In this document: piece after piece, positions 1-13,510 of the stretch
Layout: every line of letters starts with the position of its first letter
Position numbering within the stretch: the stretch's first letter is position 1
Source of the DNA: Cyanophora paradoxa CCMP329
Taxonomy: Eukaryota; Plantae; Glaucophyta
Length of the DNA stretch: 64,000 nt
Assembly: GCA_004431415.1 (NCBI GenBank)
Contig: QPMI01000049.1
Span: 186,001-250,000 of the forward strand
Direction of reading: 5' to 3'
The notes under the pieces: generated by a model
What the model was told of the DNA's origin: nothing
The model's input: the letters and a program-made list of their open reading frames with translations, nothing else
Database searches by the model: none
Translations under genes and position numbers: made by a program

Positions 1-2298
1 GGTGCGCGAGGACTCGCTGGTCTTCGCTGTCGACCGGGCGCCGCTGGTGGGAAGCGCGGCGGAGGGCGGCGCCAACCTGACGGTCACGCTGCACGGCGTG
101 CGGTGGTCGCTGTCTCGCGGGCTGCACGGCACCCCGCCGTACGTGAGCCTGCTGTTCGTCTGCGTGTGCGACGGGCGGAAAGCGACGGCATTCGGGGAGG
201 TTCCGGCGGCGGGCTCGCAGTCGGCGGCGAACGGGACGGCGCACTTCTCGGGGGTGGGGGAGCGGGCGCGATGGGCAACGGTGACATGCGTCGCTGTTCT
301 AACCTACACGACGGAGACAAATGCATCAAGCGTTGCTACCGGAGCATTAGGTAAGGGTTGATAAATCGATGCATTATCTAAATATTACTTGTTGTTATTT
401 GACATTTCTCTCTCGCCGTCAGAGCAATTCGCGCCTTCGCAGTCGCCGGAAATTGTTCCGACACCGTCGGCTCACGTTTGCGAAGCGGTTCCAACGTTGA
501 CACCGGCACCGGCGCCGAGTCTACTTCCAGCGGTCAACGCTCCGAGCAATTATTCGAACAATTTCACCGCAATTCCCGTGAGTGCAGGACGACTTTTCGT
601 TTTACACACGTGCACGGCGCCGGCGTCTAGATCTGCAAATTCGATTTCGAAATCTGACGATCCATTCCTTGCGAATCAGATTGCGAGCCCTTGCCCCTGT
701 ATTTGCCCATCAGAATCTTCTTCTAACCCTTCGCCTAGTCCGTCGCCAAAAGTGCGCTCCCTCTCCAATTGAAGCCTTAAATAGCGCTGCTTATTTTTAT
801 GAGGCCGCGCTTAAAGCTTGCTGCAGGCTGCGTTGGAGATCGATCGCCTTGTGATTAACGGGGTTGAGTACAACATTAGCGTTTCTGGCAAAGACTCCGA
901 AATCGTCGTGCTTCTTTCGCAGCCAATCGAGCCAACGCTTGTGCGGGTGCGCTCGCAATCGGATCGCGCGCGCGCGCCAGCCCGGCAGGTGGCTTTCATA
1001 TCGATACCGGCAATTCCTTACATTTCATTTGTCCAGGTAAACGGCAGGATCGAGGCCGTCACCCTCAATGTATCCGGAATTCCAGTGAGTGTGAAGTTCG
1101 TTTTCTCGTGAGCTGCGTCGACACTCACTGCCTCGCCTGCGGCGACAACGCGCAGGCCGGAGAGCCGATTCGCCTCTTCCTGGCCAACGAAACCCTCGAG
1201 GTCGAGATGCCCGAGGCATCCGTCCCCGTCGAAGGACAGATACGATTCGGTGAGCAGCACCCGTGCAACTGAAATTAACGAACGCCGATCGAGCTCGTAT
1301 CTGTCGTAACGCCGCGCTCTACAGGACCCGTTTCGAGCTCTGGAAGAGATTCAGATGCGAAGCGGGCTAGCTCTCGCGGTCGATCTCTCCTGTCGTCCGC
1401 CGTTGACGAGGACGGCAATCCGACCGATATCAATGCGTCCGCATCCAACGGCCTCCTTTTCAGCGTCCGCATCAAGTCCTCGGCGAACCGCTTCCCCGAC
1501 CTCGTGCTTCGAAACGTGCGCGTGCACGTGTTGATTCGTTCATGTCCTCTCTTTCGATGCTCTCTTTCGCGCGCTAGGCGCTGAGGCTCCCGCCGGATCT
1601 CCTGGCGGAGCTCATCGCGCCAAGCGGGGCGTCGGGGACCGGGGGCTCCCCCGCGGCGGCCGCGCCCCAAAGCGTTGGCCATGGGCGGCCGTCGTCGCTT
1701 GCGTCGACATCCGCCTCTGCAGGGGTCGGGCAGAATGTGCGACTTACTTTAGTAGTATTTATGATGTTTTAATCCACCGCAGAGGATCCTTTAACTTAGT
1801 AGTAATAACTTCAACTGTCTGATTTGTCCGCGCGCGCAGGTCGTCATCGGTGTCGCCGTGGCCGTTGCGGCGGCTGCGGCCGCCGCCCTGGTCGGCGCCG
1901 CGCTCGCCATCCGGGCGCGGCGGGCTACTCGGGCGCGGTTCGAGCTCTTCGTCCCGGGCAGCGACGTGAACGTAGACAAGGGCGGCTCGATGTCTCCCGC
2001 TGTCTCGCTTTACGGAACGCCCCGAGCGAGCACCAGTCTCAACCTCAGCAGTGGCTCTGCGGCATGCGCTGACGCGTCCGCGGCGGCCGCGGCTCATGGT
2101 CATGATCATGATCAACCTCGGAACGAATCCGGATCCAGCTCGGGATCGAGAATCAAAGGCCCCCCGCCAGCCCCGACGCCGCCTAATATTAGCTCAGACC
2201 TCGACCCGATCGCAGCTGCCGAGGTACCGCCAGATCTAGAGGCTCCTAGGGCCGTCTCTACGACGGACATGCTGAAGTACCGAATCGTGGTCATTTAG
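1..2298 (+). CDS. 3' part of an intron-containing type I membrane/cell-surface protein (5' end outside window)
   Basis: GT..AG introns (e.g. donor gtaagg near 351, acceptor at 1839-1840). Last exon reads VVIGVAVAVAAAAAAALVGAALAI-RARR (TM helix plus basic stop-transfer), then a Pro/Ser-rich tail to TAG at 2298. Ectodomain is beta-rich with S/P linkers. Confidence 0.6.
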
Positions 2299-3497
2299 CG
2301 CTCCTCTAGAGCTCTGGAGTAGACATTCTATCCTAGTAGTATTAATATTATTATTAGATCGTAGCGATATCGATAGAATTCGAATTCGAAGAGCCCGGTC
2401 GGCCCCGGTGATCTAGCTATATATAGACCGGAGCCTGTTATTATTTCCATATCGTATTTCTTCTAATTATTTCCATCTTTTCTTCGATCATCGGATCGCG
2501 AGGCCGGCCCGGGCCTCCGGCACCGCCGAGGGCGGCAGCCGGCGCTCCGGTGCGCACTCGTTAGAGAGTAGCTTAACCTGGACAGGAAAGCCACCTAAAT
2601 AGCCTAAAGTAGCTTAAAGCCTTGAAGTAGCTATAGCTAGAGTAGCCTAAAGTAGCTATAGCTAGCAGGGTCTCTTCGAGCAATTCTGACAGCAAGTGTC
2701 GGTTCCAGATCTAGAAGGGTTCTTTCGCAGTAAAACACCGGGGCCGGGCGGGGGCGGGGTCGCAGGAGGGTCACCAGGGTCTCGACGGTTATATATCGGG
2801 CCCGCCACACGATCGCGAGGATCCAGAGAATTCGAATTCGAAACCACGTGCCCCGGGCCCGCAGACAGTTCAAATTCGGAAGGGAGGAGTTGCGAATTCT
2901 CGCGGCGAACTTCGGAAGCACGCATGTGCAGGAAGCTTATGACTCGGGCTTTTTCGAGTAGCGCTAGCGATCTAAGACCATGGGCACACATCTGTAGCTA
3001 CAGAGCAACATTAGTAGTTCATGATCATGTACGTATACGGGCCCAGGGCGCGCGTGCACGTGATACCATACACATGAGGCTCGTACTCCTACTTCGGGCT
3101 CAGGATCCTCGACGCTTGCAATCGATCAGCGTGCGCATAGGGCCAGTTCTGCAGATCTAGAAGCCAGGTTCTTTATAGTTAGCTTCAGTTCCGACCGCGA
3201 AGTGGTGTACGTCAATCAATCTCGAGCTCAGTTTGCAAATACAATCATCATCATGGCATCGATATCGTACTGGAAAACTGCGGAAATTCAACGAGTAACT
3301 AAAAATAAAGAGCTTGCCATGTTGCAAGCACTGCCGATCCTGTGAGGCTACGTAAGCTCCGTATATATTCTGCAGCTTTCAAAGAAAACACGTCCAAGCC
3401 TGGGGCTCGGCCTGCCTTGGGCTTAGATCGAATTAAATTATCGCCTAACAACAGCTACGGTGGGGCTGGAAGAGAGATCGAGAGACCCAGAGGGAAT

Positions 3498-6400
3498 TCA
3501 GACGGTGGCCTTGGCCTCGGCCTCGGGCTCCGGATCCGCGGCGGGGGCCCGGCTGGGCATGAGGCACCAGGCGAGGGCGGCGGCGCAGGCAACGCAGCTC
3601 CAGAAGCCGTAGTACACGAGCGTGGCGCGGGGGCCTCCGCCGTGCTCGCTGGCCACCCCACGAGTCAGGTCGAGTCGTCAAGCTCCAGCACTAGATATAG
3701 TGCTTCGCGATGGCCCAGGCCGGGCCGGGGCGGCACCTGATGAGGCCGACGACCTGGTAGCTGGTGAGAAGGCCGAAGTTGATGCCGGCTGACGTGAGGC
3801 CGTACGCCACCCCGAAGTGCGAGGGGTCTACAATCACAGCGATTGCCGGGAAGAGCGCTGCGCGGCGGGGCGACGGACGGGACGATCGCGAAGGAGTGAG
3901 AAGCGGCTCGCGAGGCTCGATGCCTTTATCTCGGAACAAAGAGCGGAGGACGCACAGGAGACGTAGAGGGTGAAGAGGAGGCCGATGAAGGTGTACGCGA
4001 CGAAGGCCACCGCCGGCACCCTGCCGGCCGCCGCTCATCCAGGGCGGGCGGGAGGGGGCGGGGGGGGGGGGGGGGGGGGATGTGCGTGAGGGGAACAAGG
4101 GAAGAGAGAGGCAGGGGGGTGAAGCGGGTAAAAAAGAAAGGCGGGGCGAGGTGGGTTGTTGGAGGCAGGGGAAGGGGTTGCCGCTTAGCGGAGGGGGGCG
4201 GGGAAGGGGGCGGGGAGGGAGGGGGGGAGGGGTACCGGGGTGGGGCGGGGCTATGACGGATCGCAAGAAGGAAGGAGAGGGGAGGGGACTGCTCACGCGG
4301 GGGCGAAGACGGGGACGAGGAAGCAGGGTACGGCGACGAGGCAGGAGGCCAGAACCAGCAGGTGGTGCTTGAACAGCTGCCAGGGGGGTATCAGTTCTCA
4401 GAAGAGGGAGGGGGGAGGGGAGCTTCGAATTCGAAATAAGCGTACCCGGTCTACGAGCCAGCCGGCGGGGAGGGAGAGGGTGAGGGACATGAAGGGGATG
4501 ATGGACGTCACCCAGCGCGCCTGCCGGTTCGAAAATTCAAATTCAAATTCAAATTTGAAAATAGCGTTCGAAGCCTCTAGCTATATATAGCGTCGGGCGG
4601 ACCGTGTTAACGTCCATTCCGTACATGGTGTGGAGAAAGTGCGTCGAGTAGGACTGGAACGGCCACACCGCGCTGGCGAGATTCAGGTCTAGAGGGGGGT
4701 ACGGCGGCAAGGGGGGGGTACCTGTAGAGGGCGATGCCGCAGGCCATAAGCGCCCAGTACCGCGGGGGGAGGTGCAGGGCGGCCCAAAGGGATGGTCGCG
4801 GCTGCGCGCGCTCTGACGTTGGAGATCCCAAAGAAGCGAAGGCCAGAAGAGGAGGGGAACGAGGCCCGGAGCGAGGCGCACCCGGGTCGGGGTCGGGGCG
4901 CCCCGCCGCTTCGCGTTGCGCTCAGTTGTCACGTCGATGAGCACGTATAGCAGCGCTGGCGATCGAATCAGTTCCTTCCGTCAGCGGTGCCGCCCTCTTG
5001 GTTTTATGATTAGGTTCTCTAAGCTCTATTCCGAAGGTGCCCGAAGCGAGGAGGGGCAAGCTCACCCGAAGCGAAGCAGAGGAGGCAGGAGGAGGCCGCG
5101 AACCAGACGGGGGCGAGGAGCTTGCTGCCCGTCAGGCCCGCCACCGCGCTCGAGCCCCTTCGGCGCGCCGAGGTCAGATCTAGAGCGCCCCAGACCCGCC
5201 GCGCCCCTGGGGCGGAGGAGAAGGTGCGCGGCATCTCAAGAAGCCTGAAGCCTCAAATCTAAACGCAAGTCCCTCTCGGGCCGGGCCGCGAAGCTTTAAA
5301 TCGTCCAGACACAAGCATCTGAACGCAAGCCCCTCTCGGGCCGGGCCGCGGGGGCCGCGCGCACGTGAAGGCGAAGACGGAGCCGAGGCGTATGAAAGAG
5401 ACGGAGAGCGAGATCGCCCGGCTGTTCCCGGGGAACCTGTGTGGGTGGGGTGGGGGGGGGGGGGGGGGGGGGGGGAAAGGGGGGGAAGGGGGAGAAGCGC
5501 CGTCGGTCAAGAGCGTGCGGGCTCGGAGGCTCGGGCCGGGGCCGCCTCATCGACGTCCCGCACCACCGCATGAGGATCGAGGACTTGATGATGTACGTCG
5601 TCTCCGAGCCCTGGCGCCGGCGCGGCCGGGGCGGGGTACGTGAGCCGCGATCAGCCGGGAGCGGGGTGCGTGCATCTCTAGGACAGCGCGCGAACCATCG
5701 CGTAGATGACCCGCCCGACGAGCGTCGCCGCGAAGGAGCGGAGCTGTATGCCTGCGGGGGGGGGTACCGACTCAACCGGGGGACGTAGTTTTCTGGACGA
5801 GGTCCGGGGACTAGGGGAGGGGTACCGATCGCGACGATGACGCCCCCAGGGCCACGCAGCCTGCGCGGCATGGGGATCAGCGGGGCGATGAAGGGGGGGG
5901 GGGGGAGGAGGGCGCAGAGGGGGAGGAGGGGAGTTCTAAGTCCGGCCATGGGAAGGAGGGGGCGCATCTAGATCTTTAGCCTCTCTCGCGCGCGCGCGGA
6001 AGGGGGGGGGAAGCGGGGGGGGATAGGGGGCGGGGACGGGGGGGAGGGAAGGGCTTACCCGAGAAAACGAGCGAGGAGCCGCGCAGGCCGAAGACATCAA
6101 TCGCGACGCCACCGAGAAAGACTGAAGATTGGGGGGGGGGGGGCGGGGGGGCGGGGGGGTTAGGGGAGCAGTGGCGAAGGGAGCTACGAGGAGAGGGGTA
6201 CCAAGGACGATGTTGGGGATGGGGTAGATCACTACGGGGTGTACGCGCTCGGCGAGTGAAAGGGGTTGGGAGGGGGGGTGGCAGAAGAAGGCGGCGGCGC
6301 GCACTGTAGAGCCTGCGGGGTACATCGAAATTGAATCAGAACCTGGGCCTCGAAGGGAAAGGGAGCGTAGACCGGGGTACGGCGCGCACCAGGCGAATCG

Positions 6401-7462
6401 GGTCGGGGTGATGGAGAGTGCTTGTTCCACCTGCGAACAAAAAACGCGGCGGAGGTGCGCGTCGGTCGCCGGGCGGGGCGGGGCGCCGGGAAGGATGCTC
6501 ATATGACCTGCTGCTCGAGGGCGCCCACGACGTCGTACTCGTGTGCGGGGCCCACGCACATCAGACAAGAGAGCAGAACTGCGTGCGCGCGCGGCGCGGA
6601 GGGCCGTGAGAGGGCGCCCGGCGCGGCCCGGCGCGCCGCGGCCCGGCCCGGGCTCGAGCCAGGCGCTAGCGGCCAGGCGCTAGCGACGCGGAGGGCAGTG
6701 AGAGGCCCCTGAGGGCGCCCCGCCCATCCCGGCGCGGCCCGGCGCGGCCCGGCGCGGCAAGCGATAGGGCGGACCGACGAGGGAGCGGACAAAGGCAGAG
6801 TCGCGGGACATGAGGCGCCTCCAGAGGCCGGGCGCCGCCCTCGAGCTCGCTTCGGACGCGTCGCCGAGCAGCGGCGCCCGCTCGCCCGCGTCGGCCGACC
6901 TGCGGGGCGCGCGCGCGCTCGCGTGAACAGCTGCAGGCCGCCGCGCGCTGCGCCGGCGGCAGGATCCGGAGCGGAGGCCCATGCCATATGCATGGCCAGG
7001 GCTCGGCGCGCACCCGCACGGAGAGGAAGGCCCCGGAGCTCGCCCGCAGGCGCAGGACGGCCCGGGGGCGGGCCCGGGAGAGACGGGGGAGTGCGCGATG
7101 TGGAGGAGGTGCTCCCCGCTGAAGCGCTGCAGGAGGAGGACGACCTCGGCCACGCTCGCGACGTGCGTCACGTGCTGCTCGTCGCCCTTGTGGTTCTGCC
7201 CGTACGCCCATATGAAGGCATCGGCCCAGTGCCTTCGCGCCCGAGCGTGGCCCGCGCCCACGGGCGGCGGTGCGCCGTCGTCGGCGTCGTCGCCGCCGCC
7301 GCGCGGGAGGCGGTGGCCGAGCTCGAGGCCGCTGCATCCGAGCGAGCTGCAGCTCGCTCCGCTCGGCGCGCTGGACCGCTGGCCAGCGACGGCAGCTTCC
7401 GTGCCAGGCGAGCCCGAGGCCGCCGCTGTGCCGTAGCTGGGGTGGTGGATGTTCGGCGTCAT
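3498..7462 (-). CDS. MFS transporter, MFSD1-like (lysosomal/vacuolar), multi-exon
   Basis: Spliced exons give VLLSCLMCVGPAHEYDVVGALEQQ-VEQALSITPTRFAW, IYPIPNIVL, FLGGVAIDVFGLRGSSLVFS, SLFPAIAVIDPSHFGVAYGLTSAGINFGLL-like helices and VYYGFWSCVACAAALAWCL, matching the MFSD1 TM1/TM2/TM10-12 pattern. N-terminus has an acidic dileucine motif (ERAPLL). Start uncertain (7462 or 7672). Confidence 0.8.
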
Positions 7463-7704
7463 GGCGCCGAAGCTTCGCGGAGGCCGGCCCAGGCCTAGCT
7501 GCAGCTGGCGCGTCGGCCTGATCTCGTCGCGCCCCCTCGGCGGAAGCAGGGACGTGGCGCGTCACAGCTGCGAACGAAGTGAGCGGAGTATCCCGGCACC
7601 ATCCACCACGCTAACCGCCGCAACCGCGGTGTAACTGCCGTAACTGCCGTAACTGCCCGAACTGCCGTGCATAGATAGCGCCGTCAGAAGCCGCGCGTCA
7701 GAGG

Positions 7705-8392
7705 ATGCTAGCGCTTCGCCGCCTGCAGCGCGCGGCCATGAGCTGCAGCTGCAGCAGCGCACCGCTCGCAGCGCGGCAGCTGCATGCGTCTACAGCATGC
7801 GGTTACAGCGCGGTGATCAAGCGGGTCCCCTACAGCCTGGCGCCCGCGCACTGCGGCGCGCCGTCTAGATCTAGATCGATATCTCCTGCTGCTGCTGAAT
7901 GCGCAGCGCCGCCTCCTGGCTATAGTTATATGCACGGCCCTCTTGATAGATACAAGGAATACGATCGGCACATACGCGAGGCGCTCGAATGCGAGGATCC
8001 GACGGAGCGTTCGCGGCGGATGGCCATGGTTCGTTGACGTTGCCGGCCGCGCATGCGCCCGGTTCGATATCGATGCATCTTTAATAATTTGCAGGTTTAT
8101 CCAGAAACCGTGAACGAATCCAACGGCGAAGTCGTGAGAGCCCTGAAGGACATAAGCAGGAAGCTAGACCTCACAAGGCGCCTGGTACGCACCTGCAGTT
8201 TGCGCTAGACCTCACAAGGCGCCTGGTACGCACCTGCAGAGCTGACAGCGCTGTGGGCCCCCGCCATGACAGATGATCGCGGTGCTTCTTCTTATCATCG
8301 TGAACTTCTTCCTCTTCGCCTCAGTGGTGTACCACGTGCATTCCTCCCGACCCGACTCGGCGAGGCTCGAGTTCGCGATTCGCATTCGATAG
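7705..8392 (+). CDS. Small putative mitochondrial single-pass membrane protein of unknown function
   Basis: MLALRRLQRAA...ARQLHAST resembles a mitochondrial presequence. GT-AG introns near 8029-8094 and 8185-8272. Last exon MIAVLLLIIVNFFLFASVVYHV is a TM segment, TAG at 8390-8392. Confidence 0.55.
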
Positions 8393-8913
8393 GTTGCACG
8401 AACACATGCCTACCTGAATATTAATGTATACGTATCGCTGTCTATACTGTCAGTTCATTATGTTAGACGGATTCTTAGATAGAGCGAGTATAGACGAGCG
8501 AGCTCGAGCTGATTCGTCTAACTAAAATCATTATCGGTCGTAGACGGGGCGCTTCCATAGTAATGCCTCATAGCAGCGGCACCAAGCTCGTCTTTCTTTG
8601 ATCACGTCTATCGCGCGTGGGCGGCAAGCGACGTCTAACATAATGAACTGACAGTAGCCGCTGAGCTATGTATATAAGGTGGAGTGCGCAGGGGGGGGGG
8701 GGGGGGGGGCGGGAGGGGGGGGGGGGCTGAGGTTGGCGGGGGGAGTACAAGCACGCAGGCCGGAAGGCGCCCGGGACTCCGGGGTGCCCATGCCGGAGAG
8801 GGCAGCGTCTCCGGCTGTCATGAGTCGACCGAGTCGACTTCGGGCGCCCCGAGCCGTGGATGGGGGTACGTGGAGGCCGCGCGGGGCGCCTGGGCCCGCC
8901 TGCCCGGGGCCTC

Positions 8914-10723
8914 CTAGAGGCCGCTCTTGCCGAGGAAGCCCTTCCGGAGGCGCTGCAAGCTCGGGCCTCCCCCCGCGCCCTCCGAGGAGGCCGGAGCGGA
9001 CGCCCTGGCGGCCCCGGCCGATGCAGACACAGAGGCCTGAGGGGCCGGTTCGGACGCCCCTCCGGCGGCATCGGGCGTCGCTCCCGCGGCCGGCGCTTCG
9101 GGCGCCTGGGGGGCCGGGTTCGACCCTTCGGCGGCCGCGGCCGGCGCCTGCTGCTGCGCTGCCTCAGCCTCCTCGAAGGCGCGGCGGAGCTCCCGGCAGC
9201 GCGGCTTGTGCTCCTTCCACGCCGCCTTCTGGCACTCGGCCGAGCAGTACCACACCTGCCGCGGCGCCGTCGGCCGCATGGGCAGAAGGCGCCCTGGCGC
9301 GGGGTTCAACCGACCTGCTTGCAGCCGGAGCACTTGGAGAACGCTTGGGGCCTCGGCTCGTGCGGCACGCAGCCGGGCCGCCTCCGGCTCGCGTTCCCGC
9401 AGACGCGAAGGGACTGAGCCACGGCCCTCTGGTGCGGCGCCCGTCAGGCGTAGGCCGCAGAAGCGAGCTGGAGCAGCGGGGGCGCACGGCCTGTCTGGAG
9501 GGGTTCGGAGAGCGACCAAGGGCCTCGGTCGCCTCGTGGGCGGCGCTGGCGGGTAGCTCCTTGGCCCCGGTCAGCAGGACGGTGGCGAACGTCGTGACCG
9601 CTGGGTCCTCGAGCTGCGGCTCCTGATCAGCAGGTGGCGGCGAAGGCGGGGAAAGAAGGGAAGGGTGGGAATCGCCGGGCATCGAGAAGGGAGGGGGGGG
9701 GGGGGGGGGGGGCTTGGGGGGCGGGGGAGGGGGGGGGGAGGAGGGGAAGAGGGGAGAGGGGTCCGCCGCGGGGGACAGAGGAACGGGAGGAGAAGGCGGG
9801 GGGAAATAAGGAGGGGTGGCGGCCGGAGGAGCGGGGGCAGGAAGAGTAGGAAGACGGAAAGGGGGGGGGGGGGGGAGGGGGGATGGAGGGGGCGGAGGGA
9901 AAGATCTGGGGGGGAAGAGAAGGAGAGGGGGAGGCTGATGGAGATTGGGCTCAAATTGCTGGAGGAAGGGGGGAGGAGGAAGGGAGGAAGGGGGGAGCGG
10001 AGGCGCGGGGGGAGGATGGGTAGCCAGAGGGGGGAGGAGGAAGGGAGGGGGAGAGGAAGGAGAAAAAGGAAGGGGGTACCGGGTCGGATTTCAAGCGGTG
10101 GAGCAGATTGATGAAGCCGGGGCGAGCGCGGATTGCGGCGGACGCGGCGGGCTTGTCCCACCGCAGCGAGAACCTGCGCGGCGTAGTCGACACGAGCGAG
10201 GGGGGTACGTGAGCGAGGGGGGTACGTGAAGAAGAAAGACGGGGTACGGCAAACGAAAACGCACCCGAAGAAGGCGAGGAGCTGCGAGAAGAACGCGCTC
10301 ACGCGGGCGGGCTCGACGTTCGCCCAGAGCATATCCGAGACCGGGCCCCTGCAATGCTTCAGACGGGCCGGGGGGGGCGTCGGTCATGTGAGCCAGCCGG
10401 ACCTGCGGGCGCTGTCGCGTCGGGGTACGAGGACCGACAGGAGGCGCTCGGCGGCGGGGACGATGCCAGAGCCCAGGGCGCCGGTCACCACGCCGCGGCA
10501 GCGCGCGAGCGTCCCGGGGTACGCCGGCTCCTCTGCGAGGGCAGTGAGGCGCGCGAAAGAAACAAGAAGGCCGCGAGGCGAGCGTGCGCGGGCGAGCGCT
10601 TGCGCACGTTCGTCGTCCTCGTCGAAGGGGCTGACGCCGCCGGCCGCGCGCGCCGTCTGCTCCGTCACCTGAGCCGAGCGCCCGTGAGTGCGAGCGCGAC
10701 GGAAAGCTGCGCGTAGGGGCGGA

Positions 10724-10757
<34 letters not shown>

Positions 10758-11797
10758 ACCTGGTTTGGCAGGAGGAGGCACCGCGTGGCGCTGGCGGACG
10801 AGTGGGCCAGATCCAAGGCCACTACGGGGACGCTCAGGAGCGCTGCGGGGAATCGATGTCAGGGGCGACGGGGGGGCGACGTAGAGGGGCGCGCGGGCGC
10901 ACAGTTGCGCGTGCCGAGCGCCATCGGGTCCTCGAGGGCGGGCCCCGCCCGCCGGAGCCACTCGACGGCGGGCCGCCAGAGCTCGCGCCGCCCCAGCTCG
11001 TCCCGCACCTGCGCGACGCTCGTCGGCGGCCGCGCGCGCGCGTGAGCGCTGCCGCGCCACGCGGTCGGCTTCGCGAATTTGATCGCACCTCCCTCGACTT
11101 TTCCAGCGCGTCCGCGGCGAGGAGCATGGCCTGCATCGCCAGCAGCTCCGCGCCGGCGGTCGCTGCCGACGCGCTCGCCGCGGCGCAGATCGCGTCGAGC
11201 AGCGGCGCGTCCGACAGGAGAAGCCGCCAGACGCGGGCGCCTCCTCCCAGGATCTGCGGGAGCACAGTGTCGGCCACAGTGAACAAGAAGAGCAGGCAGC
11301 TGCAGGCGCAGCTTCGGTCAACGCGCTGACCATCAGGTGCATGATGCCCAGATCGCAGACGCGGATGGCCTCTCGCCAAGAAATGCTGGCGCTGTTGACC
11401 GGGAGCTGAAGGGGCCTCGGCGGGCATCGCAGGTTCGGGGGACCGTCGAGCTCGATGAAGCGCTCGCGCAGAGCCTTCCAACTGCGCGCGCGAGCGTGAG
11501 CGCTGCGCTTGTCCATGCACCGTGAGGCTTACGCACGCACCCACCATACTCCGGGAGCATGCAGATGGCCACGCTCGGTTCCCGGACACTCTGCACTCCC
11601 GTTATGGGATCTGCGACACCGAGGCGCCTCCACGAGCACACGTCGGCGATGCGCTGAGCATCGTCGCAGCTAAGAACGCGGAGCAGCGCCTCGGCGCTGC
11701 TGTGCGCCGCTTTCACCGCTGCCAGCCGCCTTGCGCGCTCCTGGGGGCTAGCCATGAACATCACATCGGCAAAGACGCTGCTCGACAGGTTGTCCAT
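8914..11797 (-). CDS. MYND-type zinc-finger protein, paralogue 1
   Basis: C-terminal CVCG...SKCSGCKQ|VWYCSAECQKAAWKEHKPRC is a zf-MYND. Colinear exon-by-exon similarity with the gene at 46970-49451 (PQERARRLAAVKAAH, AIRVCDLGIM, LLDAICAAAS). Confidence 0.8.
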
Positions 11798-12354
11798 CGC
11801 GCTGGAGGGCCGCTTCTTGCCGCGTTCCGACTCGGCGGCGTTCGCCGGGGGGGGGGTACGACCTCGACTTCCGTCCCTGCCCTCAGCGAAGCGCTAGCTA
11901 CAGCCGCACTTCAAGCTCGCGCGCGTTTGGCCGCCTCTCGCTCATCGCCCCACGGCGCCGGCGTAGCAGTCGGATTTCACTCTTCGTGTGGTGCTTAGCG
12001 GCTCGCGCTCAGCGTCTAAACAATTGCAAGCCGTACCGCAGGACTGAGAATCGTTGCACGCTTCAGCGCTTGACAGCAACTCCAGTAATGCCTATTGCTC
12101 TCATATCCTGAAGCTGGGGCGGCTTACTCCGCCCATTCTTCAGCAATTGATCATGGAAGCCAAGTGCTAAATTAACTTGGACTTCAACTCGCCCCCTGCC
12201 CCTTGCTCGCCCCAGGACGTGCAAGGTGGGGTATAAATAAACGAACACGGCCGTTGCTGACTGCAGCTAGCGCTCGCTAGGCGGCGTAGTCCTGGGCTCG
12301 GGGCCTCCAGGAAAATCGAAATAGCGATCAAAGTGGACCAAAAAGTCCTGCCCG

Positions 12355-13510
12355 CGTCCGCCCGCGCCTTCGCCCCGCCCGGCGAGCCGTGCCGCCGCCC
12401 GCCGCGCCTCCGCCCCGCCCGTCGAGCCGCCCCGCTGCCCGCTGCGCCTCTGCCCCGCCCGTCGAGCCGCCCCGCTGCCCGTCTCTCCACCGCCCCGCCC
12501 GTCGAGCCCCGCCGCCGCCCGCCGCGCCTCCGCCCCGCCCGGCGAGCCGTGCCGCCGCCCGCCGCGCCTCCGCCCCGCCCGTCGAGCCGCCCCGCCGCCC
12601 GTCTCTCCACCGCCCCGCCCGGCGAGCCGTGCCGCCGCCCGCCGCGCCTCCGCCCCGCCCGTCGAGCCGCCCCGCTGCCCGTCTCTCCACCGCCCCGCCC
12701 GGCGAGCCGTGCCTCCGCCCGCCGCGCCTCCGCCCCGCCCGTCGAGCCGCCCCGCTGCCCGTCTCTCCACCGCCCCGCCCGGCGAGCCCCGCCGCCGCCC
12801 GCTGCGCCTCTGCCCCGCCCGTCGAGCCGCCCCGCTGCCCGTCTCTCCACCGCCCCGCCCGGCGAGCCCCGCCGCCGCCCGCCGCGCCTCCGCCCCGCCC
12901 GTCGAGCCGCCCCGCTGCCCGTCTCTCCACCGCCCCGCCCGGCGAGCCCCGCCGCCGCCCGCTGCGCCTCCGCCCGCCCGTCGAGCCGCCCCGCTGCCGT
13001 CTCTCACCGCCCCGCCCGGCGAGCCCCGCCGCCGCCCGCTGCGCCTCCGCCCCGCCCGTCGAGCCGCCCCGCTGCCCGTCTCTCCACCGCCCGCCCAGCG
13101 AGCCTTGCCGCCGGCCGCCGCACCTGCGCCCCACCCGGCGAGCCCCGCCGCCGCCCGCCGCGCCTCCGCCCCGCCCGTCGAGCCGCCCCGCTGCCCGTCT
13201 CTCCACCGCCCCGCCCGGCGAGCCCCGCCGCCGCCCGCTGCGCCTCCGCCCCGCCCGTCGAGCCGCCCCGCTGCCCGTCTCTCCACCGCCCCGCCCAGCG
13301 AGCCTTGCCGCCGGCCGCCGCACCTGCGCCCCACCCGGCGAGCCGCGCAGCCGCCCGCCGCGCCTCCGCCCGCCCGGGCCGCCGCCCGCCGCGCCTCCGC
13401 CCCGCCTGAAGATCCACGCGGCCGCCCGCCGCGCCACCGCCCGCGGCCGCCGCGCCCCCGCCCCGCCAGGCCACCCGTCGAGCCGCGCCGCCGCTTGTCT
13501 CTCCACCGCC
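12355..13510. repeat. GC-rich minisatellite: two related 40-bp modules forming an 80-bp higher-order unit
   Basis: Alternating ccgccccgcccggcgagccccgccgccgcccgccgcgcct and ccgccccgcccgtcgagccgccccgctgcccgtctctcca, degenerating toward 13.4-13.5 kb. Confidence 0.9.

Noticed and set aside
7672-7705. Divergent ATGs only 32 bp apart
   Set aside because: I could not splice the 7672 ATG in frame to the MFS exons, so 7462 is the more defensible start.
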